Assembly: GCA_964016885.1 (NCBI GenBank)
Contig: OZ024742.1
Span: 316,820,001 to 316,884,000, forward strand
Reading direction: 5' to 3'
From: Eledone cirrhosa
Taxonomy: Eukaryota
DNA length: 64,000 bases
Part shown: positions 42,584 through 55,816 of the stretch, in pieces
Layout: the number at the start of each line of letters is the position of its first letter
Position numbering within the stretch: position 1 is the stretch's first letter
Position numbers and translations under genes: made by a program
The notes under the pieces: model-generated
What the model was told of the DNA's origin: nothing
Databases searched by the model: none
The model's input: the letters and a program-made list of their open reading frames with translations, nothing else

Positions 42584-43987
42584 TTCCCTTGCTTTTGTCG
42601 AGAATCTAATTGTAATACGTCACGTATTCTATTCTATAGCGATTAGGTCTTCAAAATGTTTATTATAAACATACAGAATATTTTCGAATATTCTATGTCT
42701 ATATTCACATATATATCGCTATTTCAGAGCATTTATTCCAATTTCTAATTTCTGCCGGACCGGCAACCGCTCTTTCAAACCAGTTCCTGTACACAGCTAA
42801 GTATTCTATAAGTCTCTAGCTGTATCATTCTCGATAAAAGCACTGGATATGTAGTCCTGAAGATTTCTAACAAGAATGAAACGCGTAGATTACTTCCCTT
42901 GCTTTTGTCGAGAATCTAATTGTAATACGTGACGTATTCTATTCTATAGCGATTAGGTCTTCAAAATGTTTATTATAAACATACAGAATATTTTCGAATA
43001 TTCTATGTCTATATTCACATATATATCGCTATTTCAGAGCATTTATTCCAATTTCTAATTTCTGCCGGACCGGCAACCGCTCTTTCAAACCAGTTCCTGT
43101 ACACAGCTAAGTATTCTATAAGTCTCTAGCTGTGTCATTCTCGATAAAAGCACTGGATATGTAGTCCTGAAGATTTCTAACAAGAATGAAACGCGTAGAT
43201 TACTTCCCTTGCTTTTGTCGAGAATCTAATTGTAATACGTGACGTATTCTATTCTATAGCGATTAGGTCTTCAAAATGTTTATTATAAACATACAGAATA
43301 TTTTCGAATATTCTATGTCTATATTCACATATATATCGCTATTTCAGAGCATTTATTCCAATTTCTAATTTCTGCCGGCCGGCAACCGCTCTTTCAAACC
43401 AGTTCCTGTACACAGCTAAGTATTCTATAAGTCTCTAGCTGTGTCATTCTTGATAAAAGCACTGGATATGTAGTCCTGAAGATTTCTAACAAGAATGAAA
43501 CGCGTAGATTACTTCCCTTGCTTTTGTCGAGAATCTAATTGTAATACGTGACGTATTCTATTCTATAGCGATTAGGTCTTCAAAATGTTTATTATAAACA
43601 TACAGAATATTTTCGAATATTCTATGTCTATATTCACATATATATCGCTATTTCAGAGCATTTATTCCAATTTCTAATTTCTGCCGGACCGGCAACCGCT
43701 CTTTCAAACCAGTTCCTGTACACAGCTAAGTATTCTATAAGTCTCTAGCTGTGTCATTCTCGATAAAAGCACTGGATATGTAGTCCTGAAGATTTCTAAC
43801 AAGAATGAAACGCGTAGATTACTTCCCTTGCTTTTGTCGAGAATCTAATTGTAATACGTGACGTATTCTATTCTATAGCGATTAGGTCTTCAAAATGTTT
43901 ATTATAAACATACAGAATATTTTCGAATATTCTATGTCTATATTCACATATATATATTTATATATTAAGCGTATATATACATTCAAA

Positions 43988-44760
43988 TTAAGCGCCGAAA
44001 CATCTATGATCTGTAGTAAACAGCTGATGAAGGTTTATCCTCTAACCCTTCGTTTTCAGTAACCACACAGCCTAACTCTTCGCCTGTAATTTTGTATTTA
44101 CTGCTGTCACCTCTCAGTCGATTTGTGTTTCAGATCGACTCCCTCCTTTTCCCTCCCTCTTTTTCCCTATATGTCTCTCTCTTTCTCTCACTCTCTCTCT
44201 CACTCTCACTCTATCCATTTGACTGTTTTTGGCCTGGTCCCAGTGTCGTAAAACCTTTTTGGATTAACTACCTTTCCCTTCTCCTCCCTCACCCTCTGTC
44301 CCTCTTGCTCACCCCTCTCCCTTCCTGTCCTCCGGTCTCTCCGTCTTTCACTCTTTCTACCCTCACACTACTGAGATCGCCACGGAAAAACCTTGCTCAG
44401 CTGTTATCACCGCCAACGGGCTTATACCCATCGGCGTACTATAACTTATTCCACTTTCTCTTCGGTTACCTTACATACATGTGCCATTGTCCTGTATCCC
44501 AACTCATATTGGTATGTTTACTTCGTTTTTTCCTCTTTTTCTTTTTTTCTTCTTCTTCCTCTCTCTTCATTATCACTTCTTTCCCTCAATGCCTTTTGAT
44601 GGATAAAAGGCCATGGGCGCGCTACAGATCGATGTTCTGTTTTATTTAAGCGCTGAAACATCTATGATCTGTAGTAAACAGCTGATGAAGGGATACTTTT
44701 CTTCTCCTGTTTACGCCCCGTTTACCTTCTAACCCTTCGTTTTCAGTAACCACACAGCCT
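43988..44760 (+). repeat. Element remnant with imperfect terminal direct repeats (43988-44073 and 44646-44760)
   Basis: TTAAGCG..GAAACATCTATGATCTGTAGTAAACAGCTGATGAAGG...TCTAACCCTTCGTTTTCAGTAACCACACAGCCT occurs twice, 658 bp apart. Confidence 0.6.
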
Positions 44761-45846
44761 CTCTGTATGTGTGCGTTTAATATACGTATGAAATTACAGT
44801 ACAAATATGGGTTAATGTATGTGACTGTATGTTCATTTGTCTCTCTTTCAGGCCCTTGTATGGATAGAATCCGATTTCATGAATGTTCATAAAAATTGGT
44901 TGAGAAAAAGTCGGAATGGGATAAATATGCCTATGAAAGATTGACTATATATGGTAAGCATCGTTTCGAGGACGTAACTTAGTGGAATGAAAATCGAATT
45001 GAAACATATCAGCTACAGTTAACTGAATTTGAAAACTCAACATAAACAGAGAAGTCATGCTTTTCTGATGGATTCTGCATTTATCTAAAATTGTTTCAAT
45101 AATTTTCTTACGCATATGAGGTGTGAATTGAAGACAGGGTTTTTGCATGGAAATTTTATCGGCAATATTGTTAACGCAGCACGTTAGGTGAGAAGCAACA
45201 GGATCCATATTTAATGATGTAGAGGCCTTCATATATGATAGCACAACTAACGATAGAGATATGTTTTAATTGGCAGTCCAAGAAAAGGGATCCGTATAAT
45301 ACACAACCTAATCAGTAAACAGATGTTACATAGTGTCCTCGATTTTACCACATCCTACATTTCCAAAATTACTTATCAATAATGAGACTTTTAGAGGGTG
45401 AACTAGAAATGTCTAGCGCTTCCCTCACAGTGTACACATACAACACAAACAAGCTACGTGGACTACATTGTACAGAACAGCAAAGAATAAGCGAAAAAAA
45501 GTCCTAATTACCAAATACAATGATTAAGAATAATAAATATTCTGCCACGAACTCACGGGCAAATTCACCTGATTACTGCAAAGATTATTATATTTTAAAT
45601 TTTACAATCAGAACGCTAGCATTCTACGATGACTTTTTATATGACTTACTTATTTACAGTAAACACTAATGATTAGCTACATGCAAAACACCGCTCAAAG
45701 GTGATAAACCGTTGATAATAAGCGGTAATTAATGTTTGATATTAAAATAAAATTGGAATAAACAGTATATAAGTTTTAACATTAAATAATTTATAAACTG
45801 TAAAGCATAGAGTATGTTTCTTGTTTAATATTATTTAAAAGATTTA

Positions 45847-46070
45847 GGGTGACGGATTGGCAGTATCGGTAGAGCGTCACACAACATAATTTATGGCATA
45901 GGGTTACGCCTCTTTAATATCTGAGTTCAAATCCTGCCGAGGCTAGCTTTGGCTTTCATCCTTTCGGGGTTGATGAAATAAAGTACCAGAAATGCACTGG
46001 ACACGATTTAATCGACTTTCCCATCCCCCAAAGTTGTTGGTCTTGTGCCTAAATCTGAAGTCAATATTAT
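45847..46070 (+). mobile_element. tRNA-derived SINE
   Basis: A-box-like TGGCAGTATCGG, B box GAGTTCAAATCC, core CTTTCATCCTTTCGGGGTTGATGAAATAAAGTACCAG. Confidence 0.72.
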
Positions 46071-46279
46071 TATAAACAGTATTATATCAAATATACTGTT
46101 TCCTCTGTATATTTTTGCAGGTATCGCCTATGTTTTAATACACACAGACTCACATATATGAACACATCATACACACTCACAAACAGACAAACACACACAC
46201 ATATATATATAAAGAGTGAGATTTATGTATGTACATAAGTATATTTATACACCCCCCCCCCATATATATATATACATAC

Positions 46280-46326
<47 letters not shown>

Positions 46327-47605
46327 CACTTATACATACACACATATGCACACACTCACGCACGTATGTAAACACAAACACACACACACACACACTCAAA
46401 CACACATATATTTAATAAAGTTCAGGGATTTGTATATACCATTTATTATTTCCATATAATTAATAATTTAATGATATTTACCAATTAATTATTTATGATG
46501 TTTTATCAGGAAAAGACTAATAAGATTAACCAACCAGACTGGCTGAGCAGTCTTGTCTCCCAATTAAATTGGCTATCAGATCCGAGTGGATACATGCTAT
46601 CCTAATTATATTATTAATAAACTCTCAAAACTGGTCATTATAAGCAATATAAAATCCTACAAGGATTATCTCCCTCACAATATTACGTATATGAAAACTA
46701 ATTATGTACAAACCTTTATGTCAAAGTGTCAGTTTGTCTCTAAGGTTGGGGTGTTGCTTCGTATTTTAGAACACATACCAAATTGTAAATCACGAGTTTG
46801 ATTGATGACCGACTCTTTTGAAGAAGCTTTCAAGAAATAGATACTCGAATAAATGTTTTTTTAATTTCTTTCAGGGCGAGAACTAATAGTAAATATTCAA
46901 CAATAATATACAATAATGTCTATGCAATAAATAGAAAATAATACATTGCTTCCATATAACATTTTAATAAAACCTATCTACAACGTATGCTCATAGACAT
47001 AAGTCGACCAGCAAAACTTACCGATAGGTTGTGAAATATGTTTTGAAATCATTTAATCATTTACCTGACCATGCGCAATCAAATGCTGTTGGTATGTGTG
47101 CAATAGTAGTAAGGTATTAAGAATGTGATTTCGGTGGGATATCATCTGTAATGATGCTATGCTGTCTCTTCCAGGGAAGTGAAAATATTTTCCGTGTTGA
47201 AGTTCAAGTTTGTGTTATATGGTTTTCATTAACCATTGCTGTGCTTCCGTTTTTCAATATCCCTAAAATTTCTCTTTTATATCATTTTGTTCATGTTTAT
47301 TTGGAAATAGGGGTTGTGTCCATGGCTTTTGCAGTCCACCAGAGACTGATGTGATTGATGTCCTTTGACACTTTCACATTACTTACTCCAGAAAAGATAT
47401 TGGAGGTTCCTAGAGGATATCAGTTTTGGAGAGGAAGGATTGCAGGCAGTATTTTATGCAGAGTATGGTGGTATCAAGTATTCATGACGTGAGGAAGAGA
47501 AATGGTGAATTTGGTGGTCATGAGTTCAGTGACGGGGTTGTAGAAGAGGAACTATGAGAAAACATCACATCTGTGAGTTAGAGATTGAAGAGCAACATTT
47601 TGAAT

Positions 47606-47641
<36 letters not shown>

Positions 47642-48206
47642 GTTTAGCGAGGTTTTTTTATATGAAATCGTGTGTCGAAACAAATATTGTTATACTTGGG
47701 GAGGGTCATATTTGTGTAATATTGCCAGAATTAATAACAGAACACACTCACTGTTTGGTTGGTTTTCGCTTCTCGCTGTCTTTTATATCTGCGATCTAAC
47801 TTAATCGGTCCTCAATGTTGACATTGACTGACCGACGGTCAAAAATAATACAGATACAATATAGACACAAAGACATATATATATTTTACATAATTTACAT
47901 AAATCTTTCGTTGCACATCTGCAACATCGTCAGTGGTGTTATATTTTTTCCTCCTGTTGTGTTGTATGTCTACGCCATTTTTTATTCAGTCTGTCTATAT
48001 ATTTATTTATTTATTTGCTTGTTTGTTTATTTTATTTTGTCTTCTTTGCGCATGCGTTTGCGTGTGTGTATAGTGTCATGTTTGCTGTGTGACTAGTGTG
48101 TATAGTGTTGTGTCTGCTGGGTGACTAGTGTGTGTTTATGTGCTTGTTGTTATTGTGCTTGTGTATGTATTTATTTATCTTATTTTATTTTATTTTATTT
48201 ACTTAT

Positions 48207-48527
48207 TTATACTTCTCTTAGGTCAGTGTTGTTTGCTTGGGTGTTGTTGTTGTTCCACTCATTCTTTCTGTTTAGCTTTGGTCTTCTAATTTCTATTTCA
48301 CTGGCCTCTCTGATTTGTCTATCTGCTGGGTCATTCCTATGTTTAGATATTATTCTAATTTCTATGTTGTCTATGTTACCGTCATGTTGTTGCCTAGCAT
48401 GTTCGTATAGTACTGACCCGTTTTTTCGTCCTTTTAGTTCCCCCCAGTGTTGGTCTATCCTTTCACCTATGCTGCGAGCTGTTTCGCCTATGTATGTTGT
48501 TGTCATGTTTCTGCAAGTACCCTCTGT
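48207..48527 (-). pseudogene. GIY-YIG endonuclease fragment of Penelope-like element (left arm)
   Basis: TEGTCRNMTTTYIGETARSIGERIDQH...REASEIEIRRPKLNRKNEW. Confidence 0.8.
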
Positions 48528-48864
48528 CTATAGCATAAGATGTACAGAGGGTACTTGCAGAAACATGACAACAACATACATAGGCGAAACAGCTCGTAGC
48601 ATAGGTGAAAGGATAGACCAACACTGGGGGGAACTAAAAGGACGAAAAAACGGGTCAGTACTATACGAACATGCTAGGCAACAACATGACGGTAACATAG
48701 ACAACATAGAAATTAGAATAATATCTAAACATAGGAATGACCCAGCAGATAGGCAAATCAGAGAGGCCAGTGAAATAGAAATTAGAAGACCAAAGCTAAA
48801 CAGAAAGAATGAGTGGAACAACAACAACACCCAAACAAACAACACTGACCTAAGAGAAGTATAA
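48526..48864 (+). pseudogene. GIY-YIG endonuclease fragment of Penelope-like element (right arm)
   Basis: VYSIRC...C....YIGETAR...RIDQH...EH...E..EI....PKLN, the PLE-type GIY-YIG pattern. Confidence 0.85.
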
Positions 48865-49130
48865 ATAAGTAAATAAAATAAAATAAAATAAGATAAATAA
48901 ATACATACACAAGCACAATAACAACAAGCACATAAACACACACTAGTCACCCAGCAGACACAACACTATACACACTAGTCACACAGCAAACATGACACTA
49001 TACACACACGCAAACGCATGCGCAAAGAAGACAAAATAAAATAAACAAACAAGCAAATAAATAAATAAATATATAGACAGACTGAATAAAAAATGGCGTA
49101 GACATACAACACAACAGGAGGAAAAAATAT

Positions 49131-49175
49131 AACACCACTGACGATGTTGCAGATGTGCAACGAAAGATTTATGTA
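49131..49175 (+). ncRNA. Hammerhead-like motif in PLE 3' region (mirror copy ~47896-47940, minus strand)
   Basis: CTGACGA-T-GTTGCA GATG TGCAAC-GAAA-GATT-TA. Core and stem II are good but stem I is only ~2 bp, so it may be degenerate. Confidence 0.5.
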
Positions 49176-49379
49176 AATTATGTAAACTATATATATGTGT
49201 TTGTGTCTATATTGTATCTGTATTATTTTTGACCGTCGGTCAGTCAATGTCAACATTGAGGACCGAGTAAGTTAGATCGCAGATATAAAAGACAGCGAGA
49301 AGCGAAAACCAACCAAACAGTGAGTGTGTTCTGTTATTAATTCTGGCAATATTACACAAATATGACCCTCCCCAAGTAT

Positions 49380-49455
<76 letters not shown>

Positions 49456-49516
49456 TATTGAGTTAGGAACTCAAAATAGTCTCTTACAACAATATATCTT
49501 TTATATTCTATTATAA

Positions 49517-49551
<35 letters not shown>

Positions 49552-51837
49552 TTTTTTTTCATAAACCGCAACTTTCCCATTAAGGCATATCACCTAGATA
49601 TTATAAAAGAGTGACGAATGATAGAGTTCATCCTATGAAGAAAAAATAATTTGGTTCGGTTATATTGTTAACTTGGTAAGCTAAATGAAATGTATATCAT
49701 AGTTTTAGATGTATATCATAGTTTTAGATATTGCAGAAACACATAAATGGCTCTATAGTTTGTTTTTTTTATTCGCATATTGCAAATACAGTCTATTTTA
49801 TTTGTAATTACTTTGTTTGCGTTCCTATTTTTTATAATATAAAAAAGACTTTACACGTTCTTTTACTTTTATAGTATCGGGTAAAATGAAAAGTAGGATT
49901 CAGCAATTTCTCATTAAAATTGATTTTTTAAATTAAATGAAAACCAATTCTTGATTTGCATTTTAAGTGTAGTTTAAATAGATATCGATGGTACTCTGTG
50001 GTGTGAAATCAGGTAGATCATTATGATAAAAGTGAAATTGTTTCAAACGTTGTAGTCTCATTATACTTTGGGTAGAATTATATCGCTTACGTTGCTTACA
50101 ATACAGCAAGCCAAAGAAAACTAATCATCAAATACAAACTCATTTTGTAGAATGATTGATCATTAGAGATAATCTGTAAAACTTGACTAACAGTAAATAC
50201 ATTAGCGCAAATGACTGTGTAGTCACGGTACTGAACATAAACATTTCAACAATCACAGTCCTAAACACAATTACCTCTACAAGGATCGTCTTTAAAGTAC
50301 CATGAACCTACTAATAGGCTGTACATGTTTGACAAATGTAAGCTACAATGATTATTCCTGTTTTACTATCAATAGTATACCTAATGGTTATTTTACTACT
50401 TTAGTTGAAACAGTATAAACAAATACATAGTTGTTATGCAGGAATATACAAATCTGTTTCGCTCACGTTTAGTATATTTATTAAAATTATTGATGTTGTT
50501 ATTCTTGAGAATTATATTAGTAACTAGAATATAGCGGGTTTCGACGAGGAATTGAAATCATAGCACGCCTACATTTTATTCTAAATGTAATTCTAATATA
50601 CCACACACGTTACTGTTTTGCCACACAATAAAGAAGTAATTTTTAAGTCCATCTCACATTCACCTTCAGTCAAAAGATAGATTGAAATATTGTAGCATAA
50701 ATGAAATACCGAAATACTAAACCGATGCAAAAATATGAGAGGAAATCATAAATTGCAATATCGAATCTCAATATTTAATTTGAAATAAATAAAAATGTTA
50801 AACAAAGAATTCAGACAAAAAATACACGAAAGTAAAAGAGAAATTGAAAAGAGAAAATATTTCTAAAAAAATAGCAATTTAACGAAATGATGATCAAGTT
50901 ATTATGTTTTTTTTAAGGTTTCAAGAAGTATCAGATAAAACCCAGGAAATACAGTTTAATTGCAGCTTGCCGTCAATTTGTGGCATGAATGAAGGTTTGA
51001 TAACAGACGCATGCGCAGTCAGTTCTGCCAACACAAAAACATTTCTCAATAACAGACTAATGCAATTGTATTTCCTATTGAGAAAGTATTGATTTATTTT
51101 TTCTGCTCCTCTTCCTCATCCTCACACCTTCTCTCAGCCTGTTTTTCCCTGATTGTTTCAATTCGCCGAAGCCGCTTGTTGCAACAATACTGTATCACAG
51201 AAGAAAGCTGAAATTGAAACTGAGAAATATTTGTACAATTTTAAAGAAAACAGTACATCTTTAGATTTATTCAACTTAAGATACATTTAACTTGTATTTC
51301 TCCGTTCTATTCTAAAATGTTCTACGTTTTCTTCGTCATTTACTTTTCACCCATTTCCCTACAATGGCTGATTTTATCGTCTCTAATAGCCAAAGATTAA
51401 GATTTAGACATAACTTGATAATGCACGTCAGGAATCGCAGGGGGTTTCTATGTCATGATGCTTTATATCATGTATGCTGGCGTGACTGTCTTTAACCGTA
51501 TTTCTATGCTTACATGGGGCCTGAGGCTTAATATATTTCCAGTGACATCGATGTCAAAATATCTTAAGTAGGAAGTGATATCCGACAAAGATGAATATGA
51601 ATGTTTGTACGAACATGAATACATAAAATCATATACATTATTTTGAGATCAACAGTCTCCCATTGATTCATGTCTACGCTTGTTTATATGTGATACATAA
51701 TTTATTGGCATACTTGTTAGAAATAATATAATCGTTAATTTACTCACACACACACACACACACACACATAAACACACATATACATATACAGATAGACACA
51801 TAATATCTATGTCACTCTCAATATATAATATATATAT

Positions 51838-51841
51838 ATGT

Positions 51842-51915
<74 letters not shown>

Positions 51916-51932
51916 GTGTGTGTGTGTGTGTG
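51838..51932. repeat. (TG)n microsatellite
   Basis: Direct observation. Confidence 0.95.
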
Positions 51933-51934
51933 TT

Positions 51935-52650
51935 GCCCCATAGGTAGTAGTCCGATACATTCAGGTTTGCAGAGCTATGAGGTCATATATTTGGAGTGAC
52001 GTGATCGCGAATATTATAACGCATCTATTCTTGGGTTGACTTTGTCTTATAAAAAGGCACAGAGGATTGTTGATAGAATCTCTTTCCAATGCCTCACAAC
52101 TGTCGCTAGAACCTTATGGCCAGCAGTATTGACACTTACGCCTCAAGGAAAGAACTATTAGAACTGCCTGAATCTTTGTGTGCAAGACTATTATATCTTT
52201 ACGGACTCTGCATAAACATATATCATTCCCTCCGTTGACATGTTGGTTCTGATCAAAGAAAGTCCAAGGCATTCATGCGCTTTGCCCAGCTTAAAGGCTT
52301 ATTCTTTGATTTGAGTTATGTATTGACCTCTCCGCATCACGAATGAATTGTATCGACAGCCTTCGCGCACAATTCTTCTGATCGTGTGCCTTCTGATCGT
52401 GTGCACTAATTGGTTTTCTAATGCATTATCTATGGTTCTCCGCACCTTTCGTACACATTTTGGTGTTCTGGTGGTATTAAGACCCTTGGGAGGCGTTTTA
52501 CATTTGGCTACAGCTGTAGAATCGGCGTTGATAGTTTCAAACACTTTTCTTTGCAAACTTTGTCAATCATCTGTGCAATTTCAGGAAGCGAGCACTCTAC
52601 GTCACATTGCTCTGCCTTTAAGGCAACGGATATAGCGTGTCGTCTGATAT
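51935..52650 (-). pseudogene. Decayed Tc1/mariner-superfamily transposase
   Basis: Minus-strand translation gives RTPKCVRKVRR..TIRRIVRE...FVMRRGQ and QQSSVPFYKTKSTQE*M...TPNI*PHSSANLNVSDYYLWG, a degenerate QQDSAP..H / WPPxSPDLNPLDY signature. Confidence 0.7.
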
Positions 52651-52794
52651 CTGCCATCATCCTCATTTAGCTAAAACGAAAGGATAATCAGAACAAGTTA
52701 GAAAAACGTTATTGCTATTAAAAGACGTGTCCTGAAAGAACTGGGAAACAATGTACAAACATACATACATGCACACATATATACACATACATAT

Positions 52795-52839
<45 letters not shown>

Positions 52840-53524
52840 GGGGTGTTATCTGTCTGCGTTTGTCCCTTAAAATACCTACGTTAATCCCTTTGTTTTTGCA
52901 GGTAAAATCTTTAATGTGTAGAGTACGTGTAGTAATAGCGTTCGACAAGAAACTCAATAGACATATTTTCCTAACTCAGATGGTTGTTCCGCGCTTGATT
53001 ACAGCAAAGCGACCGTTATCTTTCATTGACATTTTACATGTAAGTTATAATATAACGATAGAGTGAGAAAAGAAGACGGTAAAGGAAAACATTCATTAGC
53101 ATTTATTGGTGTATTGACAGTTGGTTACTTAACAGATAAGTGGTAGCATAAAATATATGGTTTATAATACAGGTGCAATGTGTCGGAACACGGAAGAGCC
53201 GAAATACCACCATCATCGGCCCCATCTTTCTCTCCCTCCTCATCTCTCTGTATAGTGAGTAAATGGGGACACACGTGCTGGCCGCCCCACAGCCCCGCTG
53301 ACAGAATGGAGAAGGCGTTTCCCCGGAGGATGGTAAAGGAGATGTGCGCTATGTGCCATGTGCTGTTAATTTAATAAGCAGTCCTAAATTCCATTCTTTG
53401 AATGTTACTCTGTGATTCACCTCACGTGGTATGATTTATTTTTAATATTATTTTCATATGGCGGAGAAGCGAAAGATTTAAACATGTTTCCTTTTTTCCC
53501 TGAATGGAACCTTTATTGCCACAG

Positions 53525-53777
53525 TGTATGTGTGATAGCTCACACCTATGCAGGTTTAGCTGGCCTCCTTCAAGGTATATCTCGTTGGAGGTGTCTTGGG
53601 TAATTTAATGATAGGGAACCCAGTCCTATCATCTCATTTCTACAGCTGCGTAAACTGGAGAAACGTGAAATAAAGTGTCTTGCTCAAGGAAACAACACAT
53701 CACCCGGTCCGAGAATTGAACTCACAACCTTTTGGTTGCAAGCCCTATGCTCTAACCACTAAGCCATGCGCCTTCAC
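53525..53777 (-). mobile_element. tRNA-derived CORE-type SINE with 11-bp target-site duplication TATTGCCACAG
   Basis: Minus strand: A box TGGCTTAGTGG, B box GAGTTCAATTC, CORE-like TCCTTGAGCAAGACACTTTATTTCAC. TSD at 53514-53524 and 53778-53788. Confidence 0.8.
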
Positions 53778-54244
53778 TATTGCCACAGAGCCATCCACGT
53801 AAATCGAATACCCTGTCAACGATTCAGTCAACTATAATATAATACTTCCTATATAATTATATGGCCTTGGGCCTATATGAGAAATGTCAGTTCATATTCA
53901 ACTTAATTTTGTATTCTGTTGTGATTATGGTCAGTAATTTCACCTTTCTTGATAAAACAGTTTCTTCCTTCCAGATAACGAAGGCATTTATCTGTGATGC
54001 TGTGTAGAATAACATTTTATTTGCTTGAATTGTATAGAGAATACATTTACAGAACGAGTAAAAAGCAGCGTGTCCTTTACAACGTATCATTTAAGAAGAT
54101 GAGAAATGTAAATAACCTAAAGCACCTCTCAGCACTCAATCTACACAGAGTTGACTCAGCTAGATTGGCGCTTCGTTCTTGCTCTATGGAATGTTCACAG
54201 AATGTACGAATTTGAAGTAAATTATTCTCAATATATACAAAGTG

Positions 54245-54430
54245 TTTCTATTTTGGGCACAAGGCCAGCAATTATCCCTGTGCATTAGTGGAACTTTATT
54301 TTATTGATCCCGTAAGGACGAAAGGCAAAGTTAACCCCGGCGAGATTTGAACTCGGAACGTAAAGGGCTATAACTTTATGCTGCTAAGCATGGTGTCTGA
54401 CACTCTACCGATACTGCCAATCCACCGCCC
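54245..54430 (-). mobile_element. tRNA-derived SINE (same family as 40660 and 45847)
   Basis: Reverse complement shows GGGCGGTGGATTGGCAGTATCGG...GAGTTCAAATC...GCCTTTCGTCCTTACGGG. Confidence 0.72.
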
Positions 54431-55072
54431 TTAAAGTTAATAATGATAATGGTAAATGTAGCATGTTCTACTTTGCTAATGCTGTATGAGACAACGGGGA
54501 AATCTCTGTGATTGGAGGTGCTGCTAGGAATAGCAGTAAAATCTCCGAAATGAAATTCTAGTGTGTTGTAAATGAAGAAACAAATTGAATAATTGAGCTT
54601 TGTGTATGCACTGCTCTATGAGCGGACAGGCCTGTTATGTTTGGTTTATAGAAATCGTTGAATATCAAAACCAAGTACAGGTATCTTTATGATCGACAAT
54701 ATCCCTTTAAGGCTGATCGCAGACAAATGGCTGAAGCCAGTGAATAAATGTATATTGTGCTTCGATCAACATACTTATTCTGTCTTTTAAAAAATCGGCT
54801 CTATTTACTAAGTGAAATAAGTCGTAACTTCAATTACATTTTTCCAATAAGACAGAATTATAAGATTTAGCTGACTATTTGATAATTAATTGCTTTAGCT
54901 TTATACTATTATGTTCTTCTAATAGCCACAAAGACTCTTGCTATCAATCTCACCAAAGAATCTTAAACGAATTTTCTTAGTATTTTATGATTTTCTCTCA
55001 ACACAAATATAGATTATTAAATATACAAAGGAGAAATTTGTCTTCGTTGTGTAAACTTAATTCATACTCGAC

Positions 55073-55091
55073 TCTCTCTCTCTCTGTACCC

Positions 55092-55150
<59 letters not shown>
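55073..55150. repeat. (CT)n microsatellite
   Basis: Direct observation. Confidence 0.95.
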
Positions 55151-55152
<2 letters not shown>

Positions 55153-55677
55153 GCTCTCCCTTACGTGCTCTCTTTCGCTCACCCGTTTTTTCATTGTCTT
55201 TCATTGTTCATATTGCATCTGACTTTCCTGTCATTTGTCTGTCTATGTCAATTTACCTCTATACATGTATCTTCTTTCTATTTCAGTTATAATTACTCAC
55301 CCACACATTTATGTCTTTTCTTCTAGCATTATTCAATTGTCCTTTCCCATTTTGAATATCTGATTGTCTCATTCCCGTTCTCTCCTATCTCTATGTCGCT
55401 TCTTATTACCAGTATGCGTATTCAGTTTCTTTTCTTACAATTATTGTTCTTTTTATTTTCCCTTTATACATTTCGTCGTTCTCTCATTCTTCCAAGCAAT
55501 TCCAGACTTTTCTCTTGCGTTTATCTGCCACTAATATTAATTATTATTTCTGCGAATGCAATTCATTCCTCGTATCTCTATCATTTTCCTAAACACTGCT
55601 TTACCTCTCTCAAAATATTTCTTTTACATCTACCTACAGGAATACACATTTTTCTTAACTTACTTCCATATATAAAT

Positions 55678-55816
55678 GCATACATACATACTCACATACA
55701 TGCATACATACATACTCACATACATACATACATACATACATACATACATACATACATACATACATACATACATACATACATACATACATACATACATACA
55801 TACATACATACATACA
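55678..55816. repeat. (CATA)n microsatellite
   Basis: Direct observation. Confidence 0.95.

Larger units (their letters stand above)
40955..43955. repeat. Palindromic tandem array of a 310-bp hammerhead-containing unit (retrozyme-like); ~4.4 units then ~5.3 inverted units, apex at 42311
   Basis: TGCTCTGAAA at 40961, 41271, 41581, 41891 and 42201. Sequence right of 42311 is the reverse complement of the left. Flanked by (AT)n-rich DNA. Confidence 0.95.
47640..49387. mobile_element. 5'-truncated Penelope-like element duplicated as an inverted repeat (844-bp arms 47684-48527 and 48544-49387, 16-nt loop), inserted in (AT)n
   Basis: Arms are reverse complements with few mismatches and encode a GIY-YIG C-terminus; (AT)n on both flanks. 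Confidence 0.88.

Noticed and set aside
44852-44953. Candidate host exon (TCTCTCTTTCAG|...ATG|GTAAGC)
   Set aside because: Splice-like signals are good but all three frames contain stops and no partner exons were identified; a non-coding exon cannot be excluded.
48121-48864. 247-aa ORF crossing the palindrome apex
   Set aside because: The N-terminal half is the antisense of the left arm; only the part from ~48526 is real GIY-YIG sequence.
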